From: an uncultured Actinomycetes bacterium
GTDB lineage: Bacteria; Actinomycetota; UBA4738; HRBIN12
Direction: 5' to 3'
Assembly: GCA_963828885.1 (NCBI GenBank)
Contig: CAWHGC010000017.1
Span: 34,522-98,521, forward strand
DNA length: 64,000 nucleotides
Each line of letters begins with the position of its first letter. Position 1 is the first letter of the stretch. The translations under genes were made by a program, and so were the position numbers. Under the pieces are notes generated by a model. The model was not told where the DNA came from. It did not search any database and saw nothing but the letters and a program-made list of their open reading frames with translations. Shown piece by piece: positions 46,822-60,746 of this stretch.

Positions 46822-47514
46822 GTGACGGACAAGGACAAGGCGCAGGGCGGTTCCGAGCGACTGCGCGTGATGGTCGTCGATGACCATGCGTTGTTCCGCC
46901 GCGGGCTGGAGATGGTTCTGCAGCAGGAGGCCGACATCGAGCTCGTGGGCGAGGCCTCCGACGGCGCCGAGGCCGTGGAGCGCGCGACGGAGCTCATGCC
47001 CGATGTCGTCCTGATGGACGTGCGGATGCCCCGGCGCTCCGGCATCGAGGCGGCGGGCCAGATCAAGGAGGCACTGCCGCACTGCAAGATCCTCATGCTG
47101 ACGATCAGCGACGAGGAGGCCGACCTCTACGACGCGATCAAGGCCGGAGCCTCCGGGTACCTGCTGAAGGAGATCCCGATCGAGGAGGTCGCCGACGCGA
47201 TCCGCTCGGTGTGGGCCGGCCAGTCCCGCATCTCGCCCTCGATGGCGTCGAAGCTGCTGACCGAGTTCGCCGCGATGTCGAAGGCCACGGACGAACGCCC
47301 GCAGATGCCGGCGCCCAAGCTCACCGACCGCGAGATGGAGGTCCTCAAGCTCGTCGCGCAGGGGTTGAACAACCGCGACATCGCGAAGGAGCTGTTCATC
47401 TCCGAGAACACGGTGAAGAACCACATCCGCAACATCCTCGAGAAGCTGCACCTGCACTCCCGCATGGAGGCGGTCGTCTACGCCGTGCGGGAGAAGCTGC
47501 TCGAGATCACGTAG
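46822..47514 (+). CDS. NarL/LuxR-family two-component response regulator
   Basis: Receiver domain (VMVVDDHALFRRGLE...DVVLMDVRMP) and LuxR HTH (LTDREMEVLKLVAQGLNNRDIAKELFISENTVKNHIRNIL). Confidence 0.88.
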   Translation: MTDKDKAQGGSERLRVMVVDDHALFRRGLEMVLQQEADIELVGEASDGAEAVERATELMPDVVLMDVRMPRRSGIEAAGQIKEALPHCKILMLTISDEEADLYDAIKAGASGYLLKEIPIEEVADAIRSVWAGQSRISPSMASKLLTEFAAMSKATDERPQMPAPKLTDREMEVLKLVAQGLNNRDIAKELFISENTVKNHIRNILEKLHLHSRMEAVVYAVREKLLEIT

Positions 47515-47557
47515 GCGTCGCCGTCGACCGCTCGCACGCACGGGTAGGCTGGCTGCC

Positions 47558-49216
47558 ATGGCCCCGGAACGTCACCGCCGCAACGTCGCGCGGATGATCG
47601 TGGAGTGCCTGGAGAACGAGGGCGTCCGCTACGTCTTCGGGCTCCCGGGCGAGGAGAACCTCCTGACGATCGACGCGCTCGCCGACTCGTCGATCCGGTT
47701 CATCACCACGCGCGACGAGCGCGGCGCCGCGTTCATGGCCGACACGTACGGCGCCCTCACCGGCCGGGCCGGGGTCTGCCTGGCCACGCTCGGACCCGGC
47801 GCCATCAACCTCATGCTCGGCATCGCGAACGCGCAGCTCGACTCGCACCCGCTCGTCGCGATCGCGGCGCAGGCCGGCCTCGACCGGATCTACAAGGAGT
47901 CGCACCAGTTCGTCGACCTCGTGTCGGTGTTCCGGCCGATCACGAAGTGGGGCGACATGGTGACGGTGCCGGACGCGGCACCGGAGATGGTCCGCAAGGC
48001 GTTCAAGCAGGCCGAGACCGAGCGGCCCGGCGCCACCTTCCTGATCCTGCCCGAGGATGTGGCCGAGCGGGACTGCGAGGGCGAGCCGTTGCCGGTGAAC
48101 GTGCCGGTCGACCCGGCGCCCGCCGACGCGCAGGTGACCCGCGCCGTGGAGGTCCTGGCGCACGCGAAGAACCCGGTGGTCCTGGCGGGACCCGGCGTGG
48201 CGCGCGACGGCGCCACCGACGCCCTGATCCGCTTCAGCGAACGGCTGTCGCTGCCGGTCGCCACGACGTTCCTCGGCAAGGGCGTCTTCCCCGACGACCA
48301 CCCGAACGCGCTCGGCACGATCGGGTTCATGGTCAAGGACTACGCGAACTTCGGGTTCGACCGCGCCGACGTGGTCGTCGCGGTGGGGTACGACCTCGTG
48401 GAGTACTCGCCGAGCCGCTGGAACCCGCTCGGCGACAAGCGGATCGTGCACGTCCACCGCACCGTCGCCGAGGTCGACTCCTGCTACACGCTCGCCGTCG
48501 GCCTCCAGGGCGACATCTCCGACTCGCTCGACGCGATCGGCGCGGCCGCCACGGCCCGGCCGGTCGACGAGCGGCGTCCCCCCGCGATGGCCCTGGTGCG
48601 GGAGGAGCTCGAGCGGGGCGCCGCCGACGGCGCGTTCCCACTGAAGCCGCAGCGGATCGTGGCCGACATCCGCGCGGCGCTGGGGCACGACGACATCGTG
48701 CTGGCCGACACCGGCGCCGTGAAGATGTGGATGGCGCGCCTGTACCCCACGTACCGGCCCAACACCTGCATCGTCTCGAACGGGCTGGCCACGATGGCGT
48801 TCTCGCTGCCGGGCGCGTTCGCGGCCAAGCTCGTGCACCCCGATCGGCGGGTGCTGGCGGCGATGGGCGACGGGGCGTTCCTCATGAGCGCGGCCGAGAT
48901 CGAGACGGCCGTTCGCGAGGGCGTGCACATCACGATCCTCGTGTGGGTCGACGGCGGGTACGGGCTGATCCGCTGGAAGGAGGAGCTCACCCTCGGTCGG
49001 ACGGCGGCCGTCAGCTTCGGCAACCCGGACTTCGTCCGGTTCGCGGAGAGCTTCGGCGCGAAGGGCTACGCGATCGGCGCCGCCGACGAGCTGCTGCCCA
49101 CGCTGCGGCGGGCCCTCGACGACGAGGCCGTGAGCGTGATCGCGTGCCCGGTCGACTACGCCGAGAACCGCAAGCTCGTCGAGACCCTCGGCGCCCTCAC
49201 CGACTCGATCGGCTGA
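47558..49216 (+). CDS. Thiamine-pyrophosphate enzyme of the acetolactate synthase large-subunit family
   Basis: Intact 552 aa with the TPP-binding motif GDGAFLMSAAEIETAV... and an AlsS/IlvB-like N-terminal Pyr domain. Confidence 0.8.
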   Translation: MAPERHRRNVARMIVECLENEGVRYVFGLPGEENLLTIDALADSSIRFITTRDERGAAFMADTYGALTGRAGVCLATLGPGAINLMLGIANAQLDSHPLVAIAAQAGLDRIYKESHQFVDLVSVFRPITKWGDMVTVPDAAPEMVRKAFKQAETERPGATFLILPEDVAERDCEGEPLPVNVPVDPAPADAQVTRAVEVLAHAKNPVVLAGPGVARDGATDALIRFSERLSLPVATTFLGKGVFPDDHPNALGTIGFMVKDYANFGFDRADVVVAVGYDLVEYSPSRWNPLGDKRIVHVHRTVAEVDSCYTLAVGLQGDISDSLDAIGAAATARPVDERRPPAMALVREELERGAADGAFPLKPQRIVADIRAALGHDDIVLADTGAVKMWMARLYPTYRPNTCIVSNGLATMAFSLPGAFAAKLVHPDRRVLAAMGDGAFLMSAAEIETAVREGVHITILVWVDGGYGLIRWKEELTLGRTAAVSFGNPDFVRFAESFGAKGYAIGAADELLPTLRRALDDEAVSVIACPVDYAENRKLVETLGALTDSIG

Positions 49217-49333
49217 GGCGGCGGCCAGGACCCGGCAGAACCCGGGCAGAACCGGAGCAGCCGATAGAATCGAAGGCTGAGGAGAGATCCGACCCGCCGG
49301 CACGCGGCCGGCCGATCCACGAGAGGAACCCCG

Positions 49334-52040
<2,707 letters not shown>

Positions 52041-52045
52041 GGCCC

Positions 52046-52858
52046 GTCGCACTGTCGCCGTCCGACGTCGTCGCTGCGCTCCGGGCCGCCGGATGCGTGT
52101 TCGCCGAGGACGAGGCGCGGCTGCTGATGGCGGCGGCCGGGTCGCCGGCCGAGCTGGCCGCGATGGTCGACCGGCGGGTCGGCGGGCTTCCTCTCGAGCA
52201 CGTCCTCGGGTGGGCGGAGTTCTGCGGCGTGCGGATCGAGCTGGAGCCCGGAGTGTTCGTGCCGCGTCGCCGCTCGGAGTTCCTCGTCGCGGAGGCCGCG
52301 GCGATCGGGCCGGAGCGACGCGGTCGTCGTCGACCTGTGCTGCGGCTCCGGCGCGGTGGGTGCTGGCGCTGGCTGCGGCGCTGAACGGCGTCGAGCTCTA
52401 CGCCGTCGACGTCGACCCCGTGGCGGTGCGATGCGCGCGCCGCAACCTTCCGGGTGGTCGTGTGTTCGAGGGCGACCTGTACGAGCCGCTGCCGGCGTCG
52501 CTGCGGGGCCGTGTCGACGTGCTGGTCGCCAACGCGCCCTACGTGCCCACCGAGGCGGTCGGGCTGCTGCCTCCGGAGGCGCGCACGTACGAGCCGCGGG
52601 TGGCCCTCGACGGCGGCGCGGACGGGCTCGAGGTCGTGCGCCGGGTGGCGGCCGGCGCGGCGAGCTGGCTGACGCCGGGCGGTCACCTGCTGGTGGAGAC
52701 GAGCGCGGATCAGGCGCCGGCGGCAGCTGAGGCCTTCGTTCGTCGGCGGGCTCGTACCGCGGGTGGCGCGCTCGGAGGAGTTGGACGCCACCGTCGTCAT
52801 CGGGTCGAGGCCCGCCGAGCGGATCGGACCGTCGGGTCGGGTAGGCTTCCCGTCGTGA
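52046..52858 (+). CDS. PrmC/HemK-like protein N5-glutamine methyltransferase, split by about 3 frame changes; start uncertain
   Basis: DLCCGSGAVG (SAM motif I), LVANAPYVPTE (the NPPY-type motif) and LTPGGHLLVE. The C-terminus ...SEELDATVVIGSRPAERIGPSGRVGFPS ends at a TGA overlapping the prfB ATG. Confidence 0.55.
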
Positions 52859-53971
52859 TGAGCGACTTCACGGATCGGATCAAGGAGCTGGCGACGCGCA
52901 TCTCGGCCTCGAAGGAGTTCCTTTGACGTCGAGGGCAAGCGCGCGCAGCTGGGCGACCTCGAGCGGCAGGCCTCCGATCCGAACCTGTGGGACGACCCCG
53001 CCCGGGGCCAGCAGGTCACCAGCAAGCTCGCTCGGCTGAACCAGGACATCGACCGCTACGAGGCGTTCGAGCGCCGCGTCGGCGACGTGCAGGCGCTCGA
53101 CGAGATGCTGGCCGAGGAGTCCGACGCCGACCTCTCGAAGGAGCTGGCGAGCAGCGTGAAGTCCCTCGAGGCCGACGTCGAGAAGCTCGAGCTCGCGGCC
53201 CTGCTGTCGGGCGAGCACGATGCCGCCGACGCCGTCCTCACCGTCAACGCCGGTGCCGGCGGCACGGAGAGTCAGGACTGGGCCGAGATGCTGCTGCGCA
53301 TGTACCTGCGCTGGGCGGAGCGGGAGGGCATGAGCGCCGAGATCGACGAGGTCCATCCGGGCGAGGAGGCCGGCATCAAGTCGGCCACGATGACGGTGAA
53401 GGGCACGAACGCGTACGGGCTGCTGAGCGCCGAGCGCGGCGTCCACCGCCTCGTGCGCATCAGCCCGTTCGACTCGCAGAAGCGACGGCACACGTCGTTC
53501 GCCTCCCTCGACGTGATCCCGCTCCTGGAGGAGGCCGACGAGGAGGACTTCGAGATCCCGCCCGACGAGCTGCGGATCGACGTGTACCGATCCAGCGGTC
53601 CGGGCGGGCAGTCCGTCAACACGACCGACTCCGCCGTTCGGATCACGCACCTGCCGACCGGCCTCGTGGCCGCGTGCCAGAACGAGCGCAGCCAGCTGCA
53701 GAACAAGGCCGTCGCGATGCGGATCCTGAAGGCGCGGCTGGCCGAGCTCGAACGCCACAAGCGCGAGGACGAGATGGCCGCGATCCGGGGCGAGCGCAAG
53801 TCCGTCGACTTCGGCTCGCAGATCCGCTCGTACGTGCTGGCGCCGTATCAGATGGTGAAGGATCACCGCACCGACCACGAGGTCGGCGACCCCGCCCGGG
53901 TGCTGGACGGCGACATCGACGGCTTCATCGAGGCGGAGCTGCGGCGGCGCGCCTCCGCGCACGCCCAGTAA
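52858..53971 (+). CDS. prfB: Peptide chain release factor 2, with a programmed +1 ribosomal frameshift at 52921-52927
   Basis: Frame 0 gives [22 protein letters not shown] and then an in-frame TGA. The +1 frame continues [15 protein letters not shown]... through the SPF and GGQ motifs ([21 protein letters not shown]). The CTT TGA C slippery site is preceded by the SD-like GAAGGAG. Confidence 0.88.
52911..52927 (+). other. RF2 autoregulatory recoding site: SD-like GAAGGAG - TTC - CTT TGA C
   Basis: Canonical prfB frameshift cassette, read directly from the sequence. Confidence 0.85.
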
Positions 53972-54020
53972 GAACCGGCCTCCCACCGGCGCCGAGCCGC
54001 CGCGCCTCTATGATGCGTCG

Positions 54021-56075
54021 ATGCCATCCACCGAGGAGGCGGTCCCCGAGGGGCCGCGGAGGCTGCACCTGCTCGTCGCCAGCTTCCTGATGCTCTTCGT
54101 GGAGCTGGCGCTGATCCGCGGCACGGCCGCCAACGTCGTCTACCTCACGTTCTTCACCAACTTCATCCTGCTCGCGAGCTTCCTGGGTATCGGTATCGGG
54201 TTCCTGCGGGCGCGCTCGCGCGACCGGTTCGAGTGGATGCCCGTGCTGCTGATCGCGGTCCTCGCGTTCGTCACGCTCGTGCCGGCCACGATCGGGTTCA
54301 CCGGCGGCGTGCCGCGGTTCGCGGGATTCGGCGGGGGATGGGCGGTGCCGGCCCAGGTCTCGTTGCCGGTGATCTTCCTGCTGACGACCGCCGTCATGGC
54401 CTGCATCGGTCAGCGCGTCGGGCCGGCTCTTCTCGTCGTTCGCACCGCTCGATGCGTACCGGCTCGACGTGCTCGGCAGCATCGCCGGCATCGTGACGTT
54501 CTCCGTGCTCTCGTTCCTGCACGCGGGCCCGGTCGTGTGGGGCGTCGTCGTCGTCGTGTGCTGCGCGTACCTGCTGGGGCGGCGGATGCCCCGGTGGACG
54601 CTCGCGAGCCTGGCGCTGCTCGGCGTGCTGCTGGCGCTCGTCTCGGCCGCACCGCGCGACGTCTGGTCGCCCTACTACCGCGTGACCGTCGCGCCGCCCA
54701 ACGCCGAGGGCCAGATCGCGATCCGCGTCAACGGCCGCCCGCACCAGACGATGGTGCCGGTCGAGGACCTGCTGACCGTGCGGCCGTTCTACGGCGCCCT
54801 GTACGGGCATCTGACGACGACGGCCGACGGCCTCGGCAACGTGGCCATCATCGGCGCGGGCAGCGGCAACGACGTGGCGCTCGCGCTCTCGAAGGGCGCC
54901 ACGCACGTGGACGCCGTGGAGATCGACCCGGTCATCCAGCAGCTCGGCGCGGAGATGCATCCGAGCCACCCGTACGACGACCCTCGGGTGACCGTGCACA
55001 TCGACGACGGCCGGGCGTTCCTGGAGCAGTCCGACGACGCGTACGACCTCGTGCTGTTCGCGCTGCCGGACTCGCTCACGCTCGTGTCGAGCACCGGCGC
55101 ACTGCGTCTGGAGAGCTACCTGTTCACCACCGAGTCGATCGAGGCGGTGAAGGCCCGTCTGCGACCGGACGGTGTGTTCGCCATGTACAACTTCTACCGG
55201 CCCGACGTCTTCGACCGGTACGCGGCCACGCTCGCGCAGGTGTTCGGCCATCCGCCGTGCCTCGATCTCGGGGAACCGGGAGCGGGCACCCGGCGCCAGG
55301 GCGTGCTCACGATCGGGCTGCAGGCCGATTCGGTCTCCTGCTCGACGCTGTGGCAGCCGTCCGCGACGACCCAGGAGCCCGCGACCGACGACCACCCGTT
55401 CCCGTACCTGCGCGGGCGGTCGATCCCCAACTACTACCTGATCGCGCTCGCGCGATCGTGCTGACCTCGCTCGTGCTGGTGCGCGTCGCCGGCGGTCCCC
55501 TCCGCGGTATGCGCAGCTACGTCGACCTGTTCTTCATGGGCGCGGCGTTCCTGCTGCTGGAGACGAAGAACGTCGTGCAGTTCGCGCTGCTCTTCGGCAC
55601 GACGTGGTTCGTGAACTCGCTGGTCTTCGCCGCGATCCTGCTGTCGGTGTACGCGGCCGTCGAGCTCGCGCGACACGTGCGCCTGCCGCGGCCGGGCGTC
55701 CTGTACCTGCTGCTGGCGGCGAGCCTCGTCGCTGGCGTACCTCGTGCAGCCCGACCAGCTGCTGGCGCTCGATCCGGTCGCGAGGTTCGCGGCGGCCGGG
55801 CTGGTCTCGTTCACGCCGGTGCTGCTGGCGAACCTCATCTTCGCGCAGCGGTTCAAGGACGTCGGCACCTCCACGGTGGCGTTCGCCGCCAACCTGCTGG
55901 GCGCGATGGTCGGGGGCGTCCTCGAGTACGGGGCCATCATCGTCGGGTACCGCGACCTGCTCCTCGTCGTGGCCGTGCTCTACGGGCTCGCGTTCGTGAC
56001 GGGCCGCCGGCACCTGCACCGGCCGCAGGACGCGGAGCCGATCCGCGCCTCGGAGCCGGCGACGGTCGCCAGTAG
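54021..56075 (+). CDS. Membrane-embedded spermidine-synthase-family protein (polyamine aminopropyltransferase-like core flanked by TM domains), split by several frame changes; 3' end approximate
   Basis: The N-terminal TM region lies in ORF 54021... The SpdS core VAIIGAGSGNDVALA...VEIDPVIQQL...DLVLFALPDS lies in ORF 54469..55464. The C-terminal TM region lies in ORFs 54021..56075 (tail) and 55744..56241. Confidence 0.55.
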   Translation: MPSTEEAVPEGPRRLHLLVASFLMLFVELALIRGTAANVVYLTFFTNFILLASFLGIGIGFLRARSRDRFEWMPVLLIAVLAFVTLVPATIGFTGGVPRFAGFGGGWAVPAQVSLPVIFLLTTAVMACIGQRVGPALLVVRTARCVPARRARQHRRHRDVLRALVPARGPGRVGRRRRRVLRVPAGAADAPVDAREPGAARRAAGARLGRTARRLVALLPRDRRAAQRRGPDRDPRQRPPAPDDGAGRGPADRAAVLRRPVRASDDDGRRPRQRGHHRRGQRQRRGARALEGRHARGRRGDRPGHPAARRGDASEPPVRRPSGDRAHRRRPGVPGAVRRRVRPRAVRAAGLAHARVEHRRTASGELPVHHRVDRGGEGPSATGRCVRHVQLLPARRLRPVRGHARAGVRPSAVPRSRGTGSGHPAPGRAHDRAAGRFGLLLDAVAAVRDDPGARDRRPPVPVPARAVDPQLLPDRARAIVLTSLVLVRVAGGPLRGMRSYVDLFFMGAAFLLLETKNVVQFALLFGTTWFVNSLVFAAILLSVYAAVELARHVRLPRPGVLYLLLAASLVAGVPRAARPAAGARSGREVRGGRAGLVHAGAAGEPHLRAAVQGRRHLHGGVRRQPAGRDGRGRPRVRGHHRRVPRPAPRRGRALRARVRDGPPAPAPAAGRGADPRLGAGDGRQ

Positions 56076-58557
56076 CCGCCCCCGAGCCCGGCTCCCGAGC
56101 AACGGCTCGCGATCTAGCGCAGAGCCCGTCCGCGACGCCGCCGGCGTTCGACGAACGCGCATCCGGCGAACGCCGCCCCCAAGCGCGAGCCAGACGACGG
56201 CGCTGACGGCGAGACCCCGCCCGATCGCGGGGTCGCGGTAGGTGAGCGCGACCTCGTGGTGGCCGGCGCCGACGGCGACGCCCTGCAGGAAGCCGTCGGC
56301 GGGGAGGACCTCGGCCGGCGCTCCGTCCACCGTCGCGCTCCAGCCCTCGTCGTAGCTGTTGCGGATCACGACGAGCGACGGCGCCGTCGCGTCGACGGCC
56401 ACGCGGACGTGCTCGGGGTCGGTCTCGGAGTACACGGCGTCGCCGGGCACCGCACCCGGCGACCTGGCGCGAGTCCCCGGGTCGCGTTCGACGACCGCGG
56501 TGCGGGCGGGGTCGAACCCGGGCTCCAGCACCTGCCGGAAGGCCTCGGCCTCCGAGTCCACCACCGTCCACGCGGGCACGGCCGAGGCGCGCGGCTCCCA
56601 GCCGTACACCTCCACGAGGTCGTAGCCCTGCGTGCTGACGACGACGCGACCGGCCACCGGCGGGTCGACGCCCTGCGGCACGATCAGGTAGCGGACGCCC
56701 ATCAGGCGGACGTCCTCGAGTGTCGGCTCGTTGATCACGCTCGCGTTGTAGAAGACCGACTGGTCGTCGGTGGCGCGTACGTAGGTCCAGTACCGGACGA
56801 GCTGCACGGGGTTGTAGCCCAGCACGTCGGGGATCGAGAACAGCGTGCCGCGGTTCATCATGAGCGCGGGCCAGTCGCGCGGCTGCTGCGCGTACAGGTA
56901 CCCCTTCTCGTAGAACGCGGCCGGCGGCACCCACGTCAGGTAGCGGCCCTGCTCGGCGGACTGGGCGCGGATCGTCTGCACGAACGCGTTCGGCCGCAGG
57001 AACTCGTCCTGCGGGACGTCGGGCCAGCGCAGCACCGGCGGCACGAGGTTCGCGTGGTCGCCGGTCTCCAGGCCGGTGAAGATCGTGCCGCCCTGCCACA
57101 CGTTCGCGTACACGGCGCTCGCCAGCAGTTCGACGGTGAGCACGCCGACCACGAGGGCCGGCGCCCAGCGCCACCTGCGCGCGAGCAGGACCAGCGCCGC
57201 CGCCGCCGCCGGTATGGCGATCGCCAGCAGCACGAATCGCATCGCGATGCCGCCGGCCGCCATCGGCAGCACGAGCAGGACGGCGGCGCCCACCGCCAGC
57301 CATCGCACCACCTGCCGCAGCTCCATCGGCCGGTCGCGCAGCCCCTGGATCCCGATCGCGCCGAGCGCCGGCAGCGCGATGAACGACAGGTACCGCAACC
57401 GCCCGGGGTTGTGCAGGTAGACGTCGCCGAACGGCAGCTTCAGCACGACGGCGCGGAACCACTCGGCCGTCACGAGCAGGTTCGTCATCAGCAGGTACGT
57501 GAGGGCGAACGACACGCCGAGCGCCCACACCGTCGCGCGCCGTGCCCGGTCGCGCCACGCGAAGGGGAGCGCCAGCAGCGTCACGGCGCCGAGGTACGCG
57601 CCCGGCGCCGTCCCGAACGCGAGCGGCCATCCCGCCCACATCCCGTTCGTCACGATCGGCCGCTCGCCGATGCCCGGCGTCTGCTTCAACGAGTCGACGG
57701 CGCTGTAGCCCGACTGCAGGCTCGACGTGCTGATGAAACCGAGCCGCGGGATCAGGATCGCGGCGGAGGCGAGCGGCAGGAACCCCAGGAACAGCGCGGC
57801 GGCGCCCAGCGCGCCGGGCCACGAGGTCTCGCCCAGCCGCACCGACTGGATCGCGTGCGACACGACGTACGCCGCAACCAGCAGCGTGCACATCATGAGG
57901 CCGTGGCTCATGTGCGCGTTCGCGACCTGCCACCAGGCGAACGCTGCGAGCGCCAGCCACGCGAGCTTGCGCGACCACAGGAGCGACTGCCGGTAGCCCG
58001 ACGCGCCGACGAGGACGATCGTCGTCCACGCCAGGAACCCGGCGAACGGCATCGAGATCGCCATCTCGCTCGTCGACATCGACATGCCGAGCGCCAGTCC
58101 GCCGACGGTCGCGGCCGCGCGCGACAGCGACTCCTTGCGCAGGAACCAATAGAGCCCGAGTCCGGCCACGCAGCGGGTTGAGGACGATGAGCGCCCGCAT
58201 CGCCGCGCCGGGGGACAGGAGCGTGAAGAGCAGCATGGCCGGCACGTAGAGCCAGCCGCTCTGCGGGTCGGCCGCGAACCGGTATCCCATCATCTCGTAG
58301 GGGTTCCACAGCGGGACGTGGCCGGCGACGAGGCTCCGCGCCAGGAACGTGAACCGCGGCAGCCAGAACGACAGGATGTCGAAGTGGTCGTTCGTCAGGT
58401 GCGGCGTGAACGCGAAGCCGCGGAGCGCGAACAGCACGCAGGCGACGATCAGCGCGGGGCCCGCGACGGCGGCGAGGATCCGGCGCGCGCGAGGCCGCTG
58501 ACCTGCGGGTTCCGGGTCGCGAGCGGTGGCCTCGGCCGCCTCGACGGCTGTGCTCAC
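55980..58557 (-). CDS. YfhO-family polytopic membrane protein (putative glycosyl- or lipid-transferase), split by one frame change near 58165
   Basis: The N-terminal 130 aa ([10 protein letters not shown]...[34 protein letters not shown]) lie in ORF 55534..58557. The remaining 729 aa lie in ORF 55980..58169. Confidence 0.65.
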
Positions 58558-58655
58558 GGCGCTCAGCCTACGGCAACCTCCGAGCTTCCGCGGAGGTGGC
58601 TGTTAGCATGAGCCATCCCGAAGGTTCCTTCCCCAACCTCTCTAAGGTCTGTCGG

Positions 58656-59333
58656 ATGATCAGTCTTCAGCACGTCACGAAGGTCTACAAGAACAGCGTC
58701 GTCGCCCTCGAGGACGTCTCGGTCGACGTCGAGAAGGGCGAGTTCGTCTTCGTGGTCGGTCCGTCCGGGTCCGGCAAGTCGACCATGATCCGTCTCCTGA
58801 TGAAGGAGGAGGAGGCCACGAAGGGCGAGGTCTACGTGGCCGGGAAGAACCTCGAGAAGCTCACGAGCTGGAAGGTCCCGTACCTGCGCCGCAACATCGG
58901 CACCGTGTTCCAGGACTACAAGCTGCTGACCGACAAGACCGTGTTCGAGAACGTGGGGTTCGCCCTCGAGGTGATCGGCAAGCCGAAGCATGTGATCGAC
59001 CAGCGCGTGCCGGAGATCCTCGAGTACGTGGGCCTCGGCGACAAGCTGAACAGCTATCCGGACGAGCTGTCCGGCGGCGAGCAGCAGCGCGTGTCGATCG
59101 CGCGCGCCTGCGTGAACCGCCCGCTCGTGCTGCTGGCCGACGAACCCACGGGCAACCTCGACCCCAACACCAGCGTCGACATCATGCGGCTGCTCGACAA
59201 GGTGAACCGCATCGGCACCACGGTGGTGATGGCCACCCACGACCAGGCGATCGTCGACGCCATGCGCAAGCGCGTGGTGGAGCTCGACAAGGGCCGCGTG
59301 ATCCGCGACCAGGCCCGGGGCGTCTACAGCTGA
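58656..59333 (+). CDS. ftsE: Cell division ATP-binding protein FtsE
   Basis: Intact, with Walker [10 protein letters not shown], signature [14 protein letters not shown] and Walker [12 protein letters not shown]. Confidence 0.9.
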   Translation: MISLQHVTKVYKNSVVALEDVSVDVEKGEFVFVVGPSGSGKSTMIRLLMKEEEATKGEVYVAGKNLEKLTSWKVPYLRRNIGTVFQDYKLLTDKTVFENVGFALEVIGKPKHVIDQRVPEILEYVGLGDKLNSYPDELSGGEQQRVSIARACVNRPLVLLADEPTGNLDPNTSVDIMRLLDKVNRIGTTVVMATHDQAIVDAMRKRVVELDKGRVIRDQARGVYS

Positions 59334-60237
59334 TGGCGCGTCTGGAGTACTTCCTCCGGGAGACCGCATCCGGTCTGCGCCGCAACGGCATCGTCGCCTT
59401 CGCCGCGATGTCGACGGCGTTCATCGCGCTGTTCCTGTTCGGCCTGTCGCTGCTGATCTACCGCGAGTTCAACCTGGTCATCGAGAACCTCACCGGCAAC
59501 GTCGAGGTGGCGGTGTACCTGACGGATCCGGTGAACGACAGACGGTCGTCCATCTCACCGACACGCTGCAGAAGCTGTCGGCGGTCGGCGACGTCGACGT
59601 ACGAGACGAAGGAGGAGGCGTGTGACAACTTCCATCGCCTCTTCCGGGCCAGCCGGGGTACGACCAGGTCGATTGCGACGTGATCCCGGCCTCGCTGCGC
59701 GTGAAGCTCGACGACACGGCGCAGTTCAGCCAGGTGACGGCGGCGCTCGGGTGCAGCGAGGACGCGAACGGCAAGCTCTCGTGCACCGAACCCGGCGTCG
59801 CGAACGTCGCCGACTACCGGGACCTCCTCGGCCGGCTGACGTCCATCACCCGCCTGCTCTCGTTGGGGGTGCTGGCGCTCGCCGCCGTCATGCTGATCTC
59901 GGCCGTGCTGCTGATCGCGAACACGCTGCGCATGGGGATGTTCAGCCGGCGCAAGGAGATCGGCATCATGCGCCTGGTCGGCGCCACGAACTGGCGGATC
60001 CGTGTCCCGTTCATGATCGAGGGCCTGGTGGAGAGCCTCGTCGGCGCGGCGCTCGCGATCCTCGCGCTGTTCGTCGTGAAGGTGACGGTGATCGACCCGC
60101 TGCGCGGCAAGGTGAAGTTCTTCCCGTTCGTGCAGAACACGGACCTGCTCGCCATCACGCCGTGGATCGTCATCGCGTCCGTCGCCATCGCGCTCGTCGC
60201 CGGCACGATCGGCATGCGCCGCTTCCTCGACGTCTAG
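59333..60237 (+). CDS. ftsX: Cell division permease FtsX, split by two frame changes near 59535 and 59650
   Basis: The N-terminal TM segment lies in ORF 59333... The C-terminal three TM segments (MRLVGATNWRIRVPFMIEG) lie in ORF 59680..60237. The ATG overlaps the ftsE stop. Confidence 0.75.
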
Positions 60238-60266
60238 GGCCGAGACGGATCCGGCATGAGGCGCGC

Positions 60267-60734
60267 GTGAGCCCCAAGGACCCCGCCGAGAAGGTCGCCG
60301 CGTCCAACCGGCGCGCGAGCCACGACTACGAGATCCTCGAACGCATCGAGGCCGGCATCCGGCTCACCGGCTCCGAGGTGAAGTCGCTGCGCGGCGGGCG
60401 CGCCTCGCTCGCCGAGGCCTTCGCGCGGATCCGCGACGGCGAGGCCTGGCTCGAGGGCATGCACATCCCGCCGTACGAGCAGGGGCAGACGAAGGGCTAC
60501 GACCCGATCCGCCCGCGCAAGCTGCTCCTGCACCGGCGCGAGATCGAGCGGCTGCTCGGCAAGACGAAGGAGCAGGGGCTGGCGCTGATCCCGATGCGCG
60601 TGTACTTCACGCACGGCCTCGCGAAGGTGGAGATCGGGCTCGGCAAGGGCCGGCGCGAGCACGAGAAGCGCCAGTCGATCGCGAAGCGCGAGGCCGAGCG
60701 CGAGATGGAGCGGGCCGCCGGCCGCCGGCGCTGA
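60267..60734 (+). CDS. smpB: SsrA-binding protein SmpB
   Basis: NRRASHDYEILERIEAGIRLTGSEVKSLR...; GTG start. Confidence 0.88.
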   Translation: MSPKDPAEKVAASNRRASHDYEILERIEAGIRLTGSEVKSLRGGRASLAEAFARIRDGEAWLEGMHIPPYEQGQTKGYDPIRPRKLLLHRREIERLLGKTKEQGLALIPMRVYFTHGLAKVEIGLGKGRREHEKRQSIAKREAEREMERAAGRRR

Positions 60735-60746
60735 CGCCGCAGTAGC

